64,000 nucleotides of DNA from an uncultured virus (IMG/VR IMGVR_UViG_3300048836_000452) (taxonomy: Duplodnaviria; Heunggongvirae; Uroviricota; Caudoviricetes), in the IMG/VR virus record IMGVR_UViG_3300048836_000452. One strand, 5' to 3'. This document shows, in pieces, positions 28,462 through 36,520 of the stretch; within the stretch, counting starts at the first letter, position 1, and every line of letters begins with the position of its first letter. A program made the position numbers and the translations under genes. The notes beneath the pieces are model-generated. The model had not been told where the DNA came from. It ran no database searches and was given only the letters and a program-made list of their open reading frames with translations.

Positions 28462-28800
28462 TCAGAGGTCAAGGTCGATCCGGCAGACCTGCTGGACTGC
28501 CAGGGGTAGGCTCGACCACTTGGCCTGGAACTTGCGGTTCCTTTCCCGGAACGTTTTCACGTCCGAGATGACCATCTCGCGGGGCGCCCCCGGGCCGTTC
28601 TCACGGTCGAAGGGGTCCTCGCCACACGACCTGTAGCCATAGAACTTGTTCTGCCAGGTCGTCCCGTAAAGCGGGTAGCGGTAGAAGATGGTGTAGCGGT
28701 TGGGGGTCTCTCCCCCGTTGTCGTACATAGCCAGGATACCGCTGGGGCACCCGCCTTCCCGGTAGAGGGGGTGGCAGGGCTTGAGGGTGGGGCCGGTCAT
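28462..28800 (-). CDS. Early hypothetical protein
   Basis: YDNGGET..RYTI motif; coupled. Confidence 0.6.
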   Translation of the reverse strand: MTGPTLKPCHPLYREGGCPSGILAMYDNGGETPNRYTIFYRYPLYGTTWQNKFYGYRSCGEDPFDRENGPGAPREMVISDVKTFRERNRKFQAKWSSLPLAVQQVCRIDLDL

Positions 28801-29057
28801 TTCTTGTTCGCCTTCCGCGCCAGATCGGTGATCAGTGCATCCATGCGGCTGAGCGCAAGGGTGAGCGGGATCATGCTGTCGAGGTCGGCGGTCCGGTTAC
28901 GCGGATCCGTGTGCTGGTAGTTCCGCCCGTGCAGGACATGGCTATGCATGACCTTCAGGGCGTCGGCAGTCCGGTCCCGGGCGATCTGCAGCGCCATGGC
29001 GGCGGTGGCGAAATCGCGCGGCTCGTTGCCGTTGAGTTGGGGTTCAGCGTAGAGCAT
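28797..29057 (-). CDS. Early hypothetical protein
   Basis: RBS after promoter 29084; HGRNYQ. Confidence 0.6.
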   Translation of the reverse strand: MLYAEPQLNGNEPRDFATAAMALQIARDRTADALKVMHSHVLHGRNYQHTDPRNRTADLDSMIPLTLALSRMDALITDLARKANKK

Positions 29058-29146
29058 GGGTGTCTCCTTTCATGTCTCCCTACGGGGACCCCGCGCGATA
29101 GGGAGACGACAGCCGGAAAAAGCCGCCCCCGAAGGGGCGGCGGTCG

Positions 29147-29596
29147 TCACCAGCTGGACGTGTAGATCACGGTCCAGCCGCGGGCGATTTCCTCCTTGGC
29201 CCGCTTGATGAACTCAAGCGTGCGAGGCTTGTCGCTTTCGTCACTGGTGCCGAAGAAGAAGCCGGTGGTGTGCGGCAGCTCGTCGGCCAGAGTAAGCTTC
29301 TCAAGCTCCTCGATGTCGGGGAGGTCGAGAACCACGTTGCCGTGGAAGCTGTCCATGGAGATTTCGGTCCCGCCCTTGCGGCGATAGATCGCGTCGATCG
29401 CGCCGTGCAGGTTGGGGTGCTTGCGCCAGTAGGCCAGCGCCTTGAAGCCCGGCTTGCAGACGAAGAGCGATCCAAAGATCGGATCGTCGAAGAAGCAGTC
29501 CGGGTAGTGCAGGTCGGTGACCATATCGGCTTCCTCGAAGTCGACATCGGTCGCGGGGCGTGTTTCGCGCGCCCAGGCGTATTGGTCCAATCCCAT
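29147..29596 (-). CDS. Early conserved phage protein (MGLDQY...YWRKH...YTSSW family)
   Basis: Family-typical termini and YWRKHPNLHG. Confidence 0.7.
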   Translation of the reverse strand: MGLDQYAWARETRPATDVDFEEADMVTDLHYPDCFFDDPIFGSLFVCKPGFKALAYWRKHPNLHGAIDAIYRRKGGTEISMDSFHGNVVLDLPDIEELEKLTLADELPHTTGFFFGTSDESDKPRTLEFIKRAKEEIARGWTVIYTSSW

Positions 29597-29661
29597 CAGG
29601 TCTCTCCTTTGGTTGGGTGTTCCCGTGGGGACCCCGCGAAAAGAGAGGGCGCTTGCGCGCC

Positions 29662-30288
29662 CTACTCCCGTAGCCATTCCTGCATGCAGGTCTCTCCAAG
29701 GGTGTAGATGCCGATGCGGCTCTCGCCGTCATCGACCAGAGCATAGGCAGCGCCTTGCTCCATCGCGGCCGCCACGAACTCGATGTCGTCGAGTTCGCTT
29801 TCATGGGCGACCTGGATCATCCGGCCCTTTTCGAGGCCGTGGTTGATCTCCTTCCAGTCGATCCAGACGCCCAGCTCATAGGCTGCGTCGTCGTTCGGAT
29901 CGTCCGAGGCCCACCCATAGGTCATGAAGAGTGGGACCTCCTTGTTGAGTTGGTTGAGCAGATCCGAGACGTAGCGATAGATCGCCAGGTTCTCGGCATC
30001 GTACTCCCCGTCCAGCACGTTCATTTCCTCCTCGTCATTGACGGGGAAGCTCATGTCCAGGTGGCTCGAGGTCTTCACATAGGCAAGCATGGCATCCGCG
30101 ACGAGGAGCCATTCGGCGAGACTGTCGTAGTCGAAGCCGCCTTCAATGGCCTTGTCGTGGACGAATTGCATGTCCATGCGGATGGCGTTGAGGATCTCGC
30201 TGGGCCGCCGCTCGCCGTTGCCGTTCAGGCGCAGGCCGGGTGGCAGTGCATCGAGATCATCGTAGTCGTAATCGGGTCCATCATACAT
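29662..30288 (-). CDS. Highly acidic early protein
   Basis: About one residue in five is Asp/Glu (manual count). Confidence 0.65.
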   Translation of the reverse strand: MYDGPDYDYDDLDALPPGLRLNGNGERRPSEILNAIRMDMQFVHDKAIEGGFDYDSLAEWLLVADAMLAYVKTSSHLDMSFPVNDEEEMNVLDGEYDAENLAIYRYVSDLLNQLNKEVPLFMTYGWASDDPNDDAAYELGVWIDWKEINHGLEKGRMIQVAHESELDDIEFVAAAMEQGAAYALVDDGESRIGIYTLGETCMQEWLRE

Positions 30289-30374
30289 TGTGGTCTCCCT
30301 TTGGTTGATGGTGGTTCCAATGGGGACCCCGCGGCGCGGGCGAAAAGCCCCGCCGCGTCAGCGGCAGGGCTCAG

Positions 30375-30632
30375 TCAGAGTGGGTTTCCCGTCTTGGCAT
30401 CGACCAGCAATAGGTCAATGTCGAGGGCCTCGAGGATGGCAAACAGGGTCTTGCCGCGCGGCCAGATCGTGCGTCCCGACTTGATCGAGTTGATGCACGC
30501 CACGGAGAGCCCGGTGACCTCTGCGAGGTCCTGGGCGTTCCAGGTGTACATCTTCAATCGAAGGGCGTTCATCACGTCTTCCGGCAGGCGGTAGCCTTGC
30601 TTCGTCTTCCTCAGGGCGATCACATTCGTCAT
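30375..30632 (-). CDS. XRE-type HTH protein
   Basis: WNAQDLAEVTGLSVACINSIKSG...TLFAILEALDI. Confidence 0.75.
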   Translation of the reverse strand: MTNVIALRKTKQGYRLPEDVMNALRLKMYTWNAQDLAEVTGLSVACINSIKSGRTIWPRGKTLFAILEALDIDLLLVDAKTGNPL

Positions 30633-30723
30633 GTCGTTCGGTCCTTTCAGGGTGTCCTATGGGGACCCCGCCGCGAAAAAGCCCCGCCGGACCGAATGAT
30701 CGGGGGCGGGGAAGTTGGGCAGG

Positions 30724-31011
30724 TCAGCGCCGTTGGTTGTTGTTGTGGTTCTGAGTGGTCTGCTGGCTCTGTTGCGGCAGCTGCCGGACGTTGTCCGGCT
30801 GGCCATCCCGCGACTGTCCACGGCGTTGGTAATCCTCGCGTGCGACGATCAGGTTGATCGCGCTCATCGCCAGGAGGAAGTCCTCCTTCTTGCGAGCGTG
30901 AAGCAACGTGGTCATCGACTGCTGGATCAGCTTCTCCGTGCTCATGTGCTGGATGTCGTCCATATGCGGCCGGCGGCGGCCGAACATGAGCCAGAAAATC
31001 AATCGAAACAT
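30724..31011 (-). CDS. Early hypothetical protein
   Basis: Cassette after promoter 31043. Confidence 0.55.
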   Translation of the reverse strand: MFRLIFWLMFGRRRPHMDDIQHMSTEKLIQQSMTTLLHARKKEDFLLAMSAINLIVAREDYQRRGQSRDGQPDNVRQLPQQSQQTTQNHNNNQRR

Positions 31012-31103
31012 GGTCGTCTCCTTCGGGGCGTGTTGTCCCTATGGGGACCCCGCGCAAATCCGATGAAAAAGCCCCGCCTTGAGGGCGGGGAAGGTGGGTC
31101 AGA

Positions 31104-31415
31104 TCATCCGTGGGCAACGTGATGTCTGGCCAGGCATTCCTTGAGCGTGGCGACCAGATAGACCAGGCCGCCCGGCCACTTCATCACCTCAACCGGCCAG
31201 ACCTTGGCGCGGAAGACGACGATGGGTTCAGCCCCCCGATCCATGAGGACACCTTGCACGTTGTGCAGAGGTATCGTCGCGGGCCCGGGGACGAGCTGGA
31301 TCCATTCGCTCCACGCAGGCAGCGCAGGGTGAAGGGTGAGGTAGTCAGGCAGTTCCTGATTGGTCAGGGTCGCCACAAGCTGGTTTTGCTCGTGCCAGAA
31401 GAACTTCGTTGTCAT
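31104..31415 (-). CDS. Early hypothetical protein
   Basis: GAGGAG RBS after promoter 31438. Confidence 0.6.
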   Translation of the reverse strand: MTTKFFWHEQNQLVATLTNQELPDYLTLHPALPAWSEWIQLVPGPATIPLHNVQGVLMDRGAEPIVVFRAKVWPVEVMKWPGGLVYLVATLKECLARHHVAHG

Positions 31416-31484
31416 GTGGGTCTCCTCTGTTCCCTATGGGGACCCCGCGCAAAAGCCCACCCCCGAAGGGATGGGCCAGAAAGC

Positions 31485-31682
31485 TCAGGCCGAACGAACC
31501 CGGAAGGCTTTGGCGAGAGTGGTGTTCTCCTGCCGAAGGTCGTTGAGTTCGCGGTCTTTGTTCCGCAGCCGCTCAGTGAGAGTGGCTTCGGCTGCGACGG
31601 CTTTCTTGACGTCGCGGTAGAGTGCGTTTTCACGCGCTGTCCAAGGTTTCTCGCTCATGGCGATCTCCTCGTGGGGCATCAT
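31485..31682 (-). CDS. Early coiled-coil protein
   Basis: Cassette after promoter 31740. Confidence 0.5.
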   Translation of the reverse strand: MMPHEEIAMSEKPWTARENALYRDVKKAVAAEATLTERLRNKDRELNDLRQENTTLAKAFRVRSA

Positions 31683-31754
31683 GATGGCCCGGCGCAGCCC
31701 CTGGCTGCCGGGTCAGGAAGGCCAAGATGGCTTTCCAATGGGGACCCCGTAAGA

Positions 31755-31770
31755 TGTTTCACGTGAAACG
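31755..31770. promoter_or_regulatory. parS-consensus palindrome
   Basis: TGTTTCACGTGAAACG, 15/16 match to chromosomal parS TGTTTCACGTGAAACA; intergenic. Confidence 0.65.
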
Positions 31771-31818
31771 AGGGCACTTCGCAAAATGCGACCACCCCGT
31801 GAGGGATGGTCGTGGGTT

Positions 31819-32175
31819 TCAGAGGCAGAGCGCGATGATGCGCGCCTCGAGTTCGTCGCGTGCGGCCTTGGCAGGCATTGCGGCGAGGCGGGGCTTGTTC
31901 TGTTCGAGCCAGAAGTTGGTCGCGTAGGTCGCTCCGACATAGTCATCGACCAGATCCCAGCCGCCAAGCTGGCGGATCGCCGTCTCGCTGCGGCGTGACC
32001 GTATCTTGGTCACTTTCGCGGTGAGTTGGGCGTCCATCTTGGTGGCGGCCGGATCGGCCGGGTGGTGATGTACGGAGTGATCCTCAAGGACCAATTCGCA
32101 AGCTGCGTAGTCGAACTGGCCCGCCTGGGCCATGCCTGCAAAGGCGATGAACGCGGCGGAAATCAGGGTCTTCAT
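31819..32175 (-). CDS. Early exported protein
   Basis: Signal peptide MKTLISAAFIAFAGMAQA. Confidence 0.65.
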   Translation of the reverse strand: MKTLISAAFIAFAGMAQAGQFDYAACELVLEDHSVHHHPADPAATKMDAQLTAKVTKIRSRRSETAIRQLGGWDLVDDYVGATYATNFWLEQNKPRLAAMPAKAARDELEARIIALCL

Positions 32176-32197
32176 GTGGGTCTCCTCTTGGTTGTCC

Positions 32198-32470
32198 CTA
32201 TGGGGACCCCGGCTTCGGCGGGTGGCCGTAGAAGGCCAGCCAGACGATCCCCTCCACCTGAGGGGTGAACATCGAGATCGTGTAGTTCTGGGCTTCCGGC
32301 CCCGGCACGAGCCAGACGTTGAAGGGATAGCCTTCCTTCTTCATGACCTCGATGAGTTCACCCAGGTCGGTCATCGTCCGCCATGTGGCGACAGATGAGG
32401 CGAAGAAGTGGTGGTGTTCCTTGCCGTCCGCGATGGTGGTCATCGCGACGAGCTTCGGTCTTTTGGCCAT
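32198..32470 (-). CDS. Early hypothetical protein
   Basis: AAGGAG RBS after promoter 32498. Confidence 0.55.
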   Translation of the reverse strand: MAKRPKLVAMTTIADGKEHHHFFASSVATWRTMTDLGELIEVMKKEGYPFNVWLVPGPEAQNYTISMFTPQVEGIVWLAFYGHPPKPGSP

Positions 32471-32571
32471 GTGGGTTCTCCTTTGCATGGGTCCGGTGGG
32501 GACCCCGCGCGAGAGGGCCGGGCCCGAAGGTCCAGCCCCACAGCAAAAGGCCGCCCCCGAAGGGGCGGCGA

Positions 32572-32778
32572 TCAGTTCGGTTTCGGCAATGGCCCCTGCG
32601 GGGCCAAGGCGAGCTTGAGCATGGTGCCAGGCGGCACCAGCACAGCCATGGTGACCTCCACGTCGAACTCATCGCGACCGTCCTCAACGTCCTCGACGGT
32701 CAGGTCGAGAACGAGGCTGGGGTCTGAGGTTCGGTGTTGGGTCACCAGGAGGGTGATGAGGCTGATGTAGAGCTTCAT
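32572..32778 (-). CDS. Early hypothetical protein
   Basis: 68-aa ORF downstream of 32781 gene. Confidence 0.45.
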   Translation of the reverse strand: MKLYISLITLLVTQHRTSDPSLVLDLTVEDVEDGRDEFDVEVTMAVLVPPGTMLKLALAPQGPLPKPN

Positions 32779-32780
32779 CG

Positions 32781-33182
32781 TCAGCCCGGCTTGTAGAGGC
32801 CGGACTTGTCCAGCACGTCCCGGAGGACGTGGTTCGCTTCATAGAAGTCCAGCTTGTAACAGCCGGCGGGCGCCCCGGGCTTTGTGGCCCAGAGCCGCCG
32901 CATCCCGTGCCGGTCGATCGACTTGGTGGCGAGACGAAGGCGGATTTCGCGCTTCATGGTCTCGACCACCTGGTTGTCGTCGGTGTCCAGCCGGTAATGC
33001 ATGGGCTTCTTCCAGCCCTCCTGCGGGAGGAGGTCCGGGTGCTTCTTCACGAGCCGGTCCATTCGTGCCGGGCCTTCCTTGCGGCCGCGGCAGAACTCGA
33101 TGTAGGCGATCGGTTCGCGCTCCCAAGGTCTCTTGGGGTTGGCGATGCCGTCGTGAAAAGCCAGATATGCGTAGTAGGTCAT
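32781..33182 (-). CDS. Early hypothetical protein
   Basis: ATG 33182 after promoter 33215. Confidence 0.6.
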   Translation of the reverse strand: MTYYAYLAFHDGIANPKRPWEREPIAYIEFCRGRKEGPARMDRLVKKHPDLLPQEGWKKPMHYRLDTDDNQVVETMKREIRLRLATKSIDRHGMRRLWATKPGAPAGCYKLDFYEANHVLRDVLDKSGLYKPG

Positions 33183-33283
33183 GATCTGGGGGTCCTTTCT
33201 CTGGTTGTCCCTATGGGGACCCCGCGCCGGCGGATCAGGATCAGCGAAAAGCCGCCCCCGAAGGGGCAGCGGAAGACCGGTCG

Positions 33284-33499
33284 TCAGAGGTCTATCCTTA
33301 TGCGGCTCGTGTGATGGCTGATGATGGTGGCCACATCGGAGCGGGGGATGGTGTAGGTGCTCTGCACCGCGAGATCGAAAGCTTGCCCTTTGGGCTGCAG
33401 CTTTTCCTTCATGCGGAGCAGGTCCTCCAACCCTCTCTCGTTCAGTATGCTCAGTCGCACCAGCGATCGGGTTGAGGTCGCGTGGATGATGATGTCCAT
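33284..33499 (-). CDS. Early hypothetical protein
   Basis: AAGGAG RBS after promoter 33518. Confidence 0.6.
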   Translation of the reverse strand: MDIIIHATSTRSLVRLSILNERGLEDLLRMKEKLQPKGQAFDLAVQSTYTIPRSDVATIISHHTSRIRIDL

Positions 33500-33602
33500 T
33501 TGGGTCTCCTTTCCTATGGGGACCCCGCGCCAAGAAAAGACCAGGCGCGAAGCGCCAGGTCACACAGAGCAAATGGACCGACCCCGAAGGGCCGGCCAGG
33601 AG

Positions 33603-33791
33603 TTACCGATGCGGCGTGCGTGCTTTCTGCTGATGCCGGTCCCGGATCATCTCCAGGATCTCGGCTACCTCGTCGATGCCATCCAGGCCTCTTCCGGACC
33701 TCAGGATCGCAGCCGCCCGTTGTCGCAAGTCCGCAGTTGAGAGATGCTGAATGTCCTGCATCTCAGTTTGGCGGATGTAGCTCGTGAGCAT
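33603..33791 (-). CDS. Early hypothetical protein
   Basis: GAGGAG RBS; DIQHLST shared with the 30724 ORF (DIQHMST). Confidence 0.55.
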   Translation of the reverse strand: MLTSYIRQTEMQDIQHLSTADLRQRAAAILRSGRGLDGIDEVAEILEMIRDRHQQKARTPHR

Positions 33792-33840
33792 GTGCTCTCC
33801 TCTCTTGCGCTTGGGGTTACTCCCAACGGGGACCCCGCGC

Positions 33841-34175
33841 AAAAAAACGATGGTCATTGTCCTACCATCCCGACAGCACCTTTTCAGTACTGCCGTTCCC
33901 CGGGTTTTGCACCCCGGGAATAGCTTCTGTCTGCTACACGTTTTCTGCTTACGCACAGGTGTCTCTCCTGCTTTGTGCTCACCATGGCTCTCGCTTTAGG
34001 TTGCACGCGTCTTCGTCCAGATTAATCAGGTTCCCCAAGCGGCTATTCTCTCGGGCATCGTCCTGAAGCCGTGTTTCCACGTTCCGGCGCTGCGGGCTCA
34101 CGCGGCCCCATTTACGGGCCGCTTTACTGATGCAGGGTTCTTCCACTTACCCACCAGGGGCAGTTCGGTTGTTCC
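33841..34175 (-). ncRNA. Candidate structured ncRNA (~330 nt)
   Basis: From promoter 34179 to a hairpin + T tract at ~33841-33870; several hairpins; no ORF with a convincing RBS. Confidence 0.45.
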
Positions 34176-34226
34176 TATGGGGACCCCGCGAAAAGAACCG
34201 CCCCCCGAAGGGGGCGGGGGTCTTGG

Positions 34227-35132
34227 TCACAAGATCGCGGTTGCGAAACTCCAGAGGTATGGCATTACCATCCACCCAAGCAGGGCATAGTCCACGATCG
34301 TCAGGACGATCAGCACGGGTGCGAGCACCGCTGCGATCCGAGGGACTGTGAGTACGGCAAGGAAGCCGACGATGGCTGTCAAGAGCCACGGCGCGAACTT
34401 CATCAGGACAGATTTCACGATCGCCAATATGGTCCGCTCAGGGAGCGTGACAACCTTGTCGACGGCCTCGAAACCTCGCACGAGTGCAGGTGTCGGGCTT
34501 GCCTTTGGGGTTGGAGCAGAGTTCGTGTTCGCCGGCGCAGTCCGAGCTACCTCAGCCACCTCGAAAGGTGTCATCAGTTTCGGGCCGTGCAGGGTCACAG
34601 GACGATCGGCCATGAGGGCCTTCTCATCGGCTGTCCGCATGGATACTGCTTTCTCGGCATTCTTCTGAATGCGGGTGCAGCGCTCTGTGCGATCGGGCGC
34701 GTTGAATATCTCGTCTGATGTGTGCGTGATCCCGTTTGGCGGCAGATACTTTCCTTCACGGAAGTAGCTGACGTGGGTCAGGCGCTCAACGAATTCTGCT
34801 TCACCCCGGGTCAAGCCGGTGATGAGGCAACGATTGTCTTTCGTCAAACCCAAGTTTGGATTTTTCGCAATGACAACGTTATTTCTGTCTATGAATGAAC
34901 CTTCAAACGCCGAGCCAATCTTGGCTTCGCGTCCGTCGTTTCCATATGCGTACACAAGTCCGGTCGGGTCGAGCGAGCGCGCTCCTTCGCGGCTGTCGAT
35001 CAGATCGTAGGCCCATTGCTTCAGCTCGATGTCTGATAGATTGGCCAGTTCCGGCAAAGCTTGCGCGGATACTTGTGATCCAAGAACCACCGCCACAATG
35101 GCGAGCAGTCCTCGTCGGATTTCCCTAAGCAT
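34227..35132 (-). CDS. Exported/membrane protein, lower-GC insert
   Basis: N-terminal signal/TM, two C-terminal TM segments, more AT-rich than neighbours. Confidence 0.7.
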   Translation of the reverse strand: MLREIRRGLLAIVAVVLGSQVSAQALPELANLSDIELKQWAYDLIDSREGARSLDPTGLVYAYGNDGREAKIGSAFEGSFIDRNNVVIAKNPNLGLTKDNRCLITGLTRGEAEFVERLTHVSYFREGKYLPPNGITHTSDEIFNAPDRTERCTRIQKNAEKAVSMRTADEKALMADRPVTLHGPKLMTPFEVAEVARTAPANTNSAPTPKASPTPALVRGFEAVDKVVTLPERTILAIVKSVLMKFAPWLLTAIVGFLAVLTVPRIAAVLAPVLIVLTIVDYALLGWMVMPYLWSFATAIL

Positions 35133-35185
35133 TTAATTTTTCCTTTCATGTCAAGGGGTTATTCCTATGGGAACCCCGTGACGCG

Positions 35186-35359
35186 AAAAAAAGTCTTTCA
35201 CTCCCTAGCGATAGGTCGTGTCGTCCTTTTAGAACCTCTGTCGAATTCCGCATGTGCTCGCGTGGTCTCAAGCGCCGGGTCAGGGCGCGATCTTCACGGA
35301 TCGTATGTGGCGGTGCCCTCGCCTTATGACAGGGGCATATCCGGTTTACGGTTCTTTCC
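35186..35359 (-). ncRNA. Candidate structured ncRNA (~170 nt)
   Basis: From promoter 35363 to T tract at ~35186; AGAACC/GGTTCT closing stem, internal hairpins. Confidence 0.45.
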
Positions 35360-35387
35360 TATGGGGACCCCGTGAAATTGAAGGGGC

Positions 35388-35538
35388 AAAAAAACGATGC
35401 CTTGCGGCATGTTCCTGGCCTAGATCCTGTTTCAGTCTGTCTCCAGGTGAACCTGGTCGGACCTATATCAGACCCGCCCTCCTTGCAGAGGGCTACCAAG
35501 CGATGTCTTGCGACATGCCGGGCGAGGCCGTGTATTCC
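35388..35538 (-). ncRNA. Candidate multibranch ncRNA (~150 nt)
   Basis: From promoter 35542; GGCCT/AGGCC closing stem enclosing four hairpins (two GCAA loops), then GCAA terminator hairpin + T7 tract. Confidence 0.55.
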
Positions 35539-35768
35539 TATGGGGACCCCGTGACTTCCTCCGGCAGGCCAGCACTGGCCCCGGCCATGTCGGTGATCCA
35601 TTCAGCCACCCAGCCCTCCGCCAGCTGCATCTGCTCATAGACGAGGAGCGTCAGGATGTATTTCTCCTGGAACGGGGTCAGCCCAAGACCAGGCAGGGCG
35701 TCAGCCGTTGCCTGGATGGCAGCCTCAAGTGCGGGGATCAGCTCCTCGCCGGCTGTCACCTCAGTCAA
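35538..35768 (-). CDS. Hypothetical protein
   Basis: 76-aa ORF ending in promoter 35542. Confidence 0.45.
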   Translation of the reverse strand: MTEVTAGEELIPALEAAIQATADALPGLGLTPFQEKYILTLLVYEQMQLAEGWVAEWITDMAGASAGLPEEVTGSP

Positions 35769-36252
35769 GGTGAAGCCTCCTCTGGCTTAGCAGGTCCTTC
35801 CTCACCCGCACGGCAGCGCAGAAATGCACGCGCTTCTTCAGGTGAACGCGATTGTTCGTTGTGACCTTCACGCGCCACGTAAACCCCTGAGCGTAGCGAT
35901 GATCGGGGATCGGCCAGATGTGATACCCCGGCATGTTTTGCTTGTTCTCGGCATTTGTTGCCTCTCTCAGGTTGGCCCATCGGTTGTTGGACTTGTCCCT
36001 GTCCTCGTGGTCGAGAAGGTGAGGCCAGCGCCCCTCCATCAGTGCGAAGGCAAGGCGATGCGCTTTGACGCGGAGCGTCCGGGTCAAGGCAACGACCACA
36101 TATCCCTTCCTGGACAGCGCGGTGCAGGGACCGCGTGGCCCTGTGATGACGCCAGTTTCAGGATCGTAGCTGAACCGCGCCCGCAGCCAGTCGATCGGTG
36201 GCAGCTCGTGCTTGCGTAATTCGGCGCGAAATGGTTCGGTCGGGATGTTCAT
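35761..36252 (-). CDS. HNH homing endonuclease
   Basis: YDPETG...AHRLAF...LDHEDRDKSNNRWANLREAT. Confidence 0.85.
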   Translation of the reverse strand: MNIPTEPFRAELRKHELPPIDWLRARFSYDPETGVITGPRGPCTALSRKGYVVVALTRTLRVKAHRLAFALMEGRWPHLLDHEDRDKSNNRWANLREATNAENKQNMPGYHIWPIPDHRYAQGFTWRVKVTTNNRVHLKKRVHFCAAVRVRKDLLSQRRLHLD

Positions 36253-36346
36253 CAGCGGCTCTCCAGGGCTGCTTGTGAAAAGTGTCACCGGGCGCTGTTC
36301 CATCAGCCCCGGTGACGCGCAGGCTAGCAGCCGCTTTCCCTGACAG

Positions 36347-36520
36347 TCAATCCAAATGCAGTTGATCCGGATCCCAAGGGCGCCCGTTCCAGGCGTCGTC
36401 GCTGGGCTGCATGCGCGAGCCGTCTGCGGCCATCCCCAGGCTCTCCATGAACTGGTCCTCCTCGTCAGGAAGATCGACGGTGTCTTCCTCTATCTCACTC
36501 TCGTCAGGCTTCGGTGCCAT
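36347..36520 (-). CDS. Small acidic protein
   Basis: 57 aa (below track cutoff) MAPKPDESEIEEDTVDLPDEEDQ...; AAGGAG RBS. Confidence 0.55.
   Translation of the reverse strand: MAPKPDESEIEEDTVDLPDEEDQFMESLGMAADGSRMQPSDDAWNGRPWDPDQLHLD

Larger units (their letters stand above)
21800..34216 (-). terminator. Family of near-identical intrinsic terminators (CCGCCCC-TTCG-GGGGCGGC-T tract) closing early cassettes
   Basis: + strand aaaagccgcccccgaaggggcgg or close variants near 21801, 22940, 25870, 27310, 28440, 29117, 31451, 32545, 33247, 34191. Confidence 0.85.
22320..35552 (-). promoter_or_regulatory. Array of 26 leftward phage-RNAP-type promoters, CGGGGTCCCC-N3-GG(A/G)
   Basis: + strand core ggggacccc starts at 22326, 22805, 23404, 23724, 24176, 24627, 25822, 26287, 27269, 28392, 29084, 29627, 30322, 30661, 31043, 31438, 31740, 32202, 32498, 33215, 33518, 33828, 34179, 35169 (variant gggaacccc), 35363, 35542; same orientation; nearly all intergenic. 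Confidence 0.85.

Noticed and set aside
22320..35552. Repeated GGGGACCCC motif as a CRISPR array or integron attC array
   Set aside because: Spacing is 180-1200 bp and holds whole genes; the repeat is only ~15 bp; no cas or integrase gene; no attC R/L box structure
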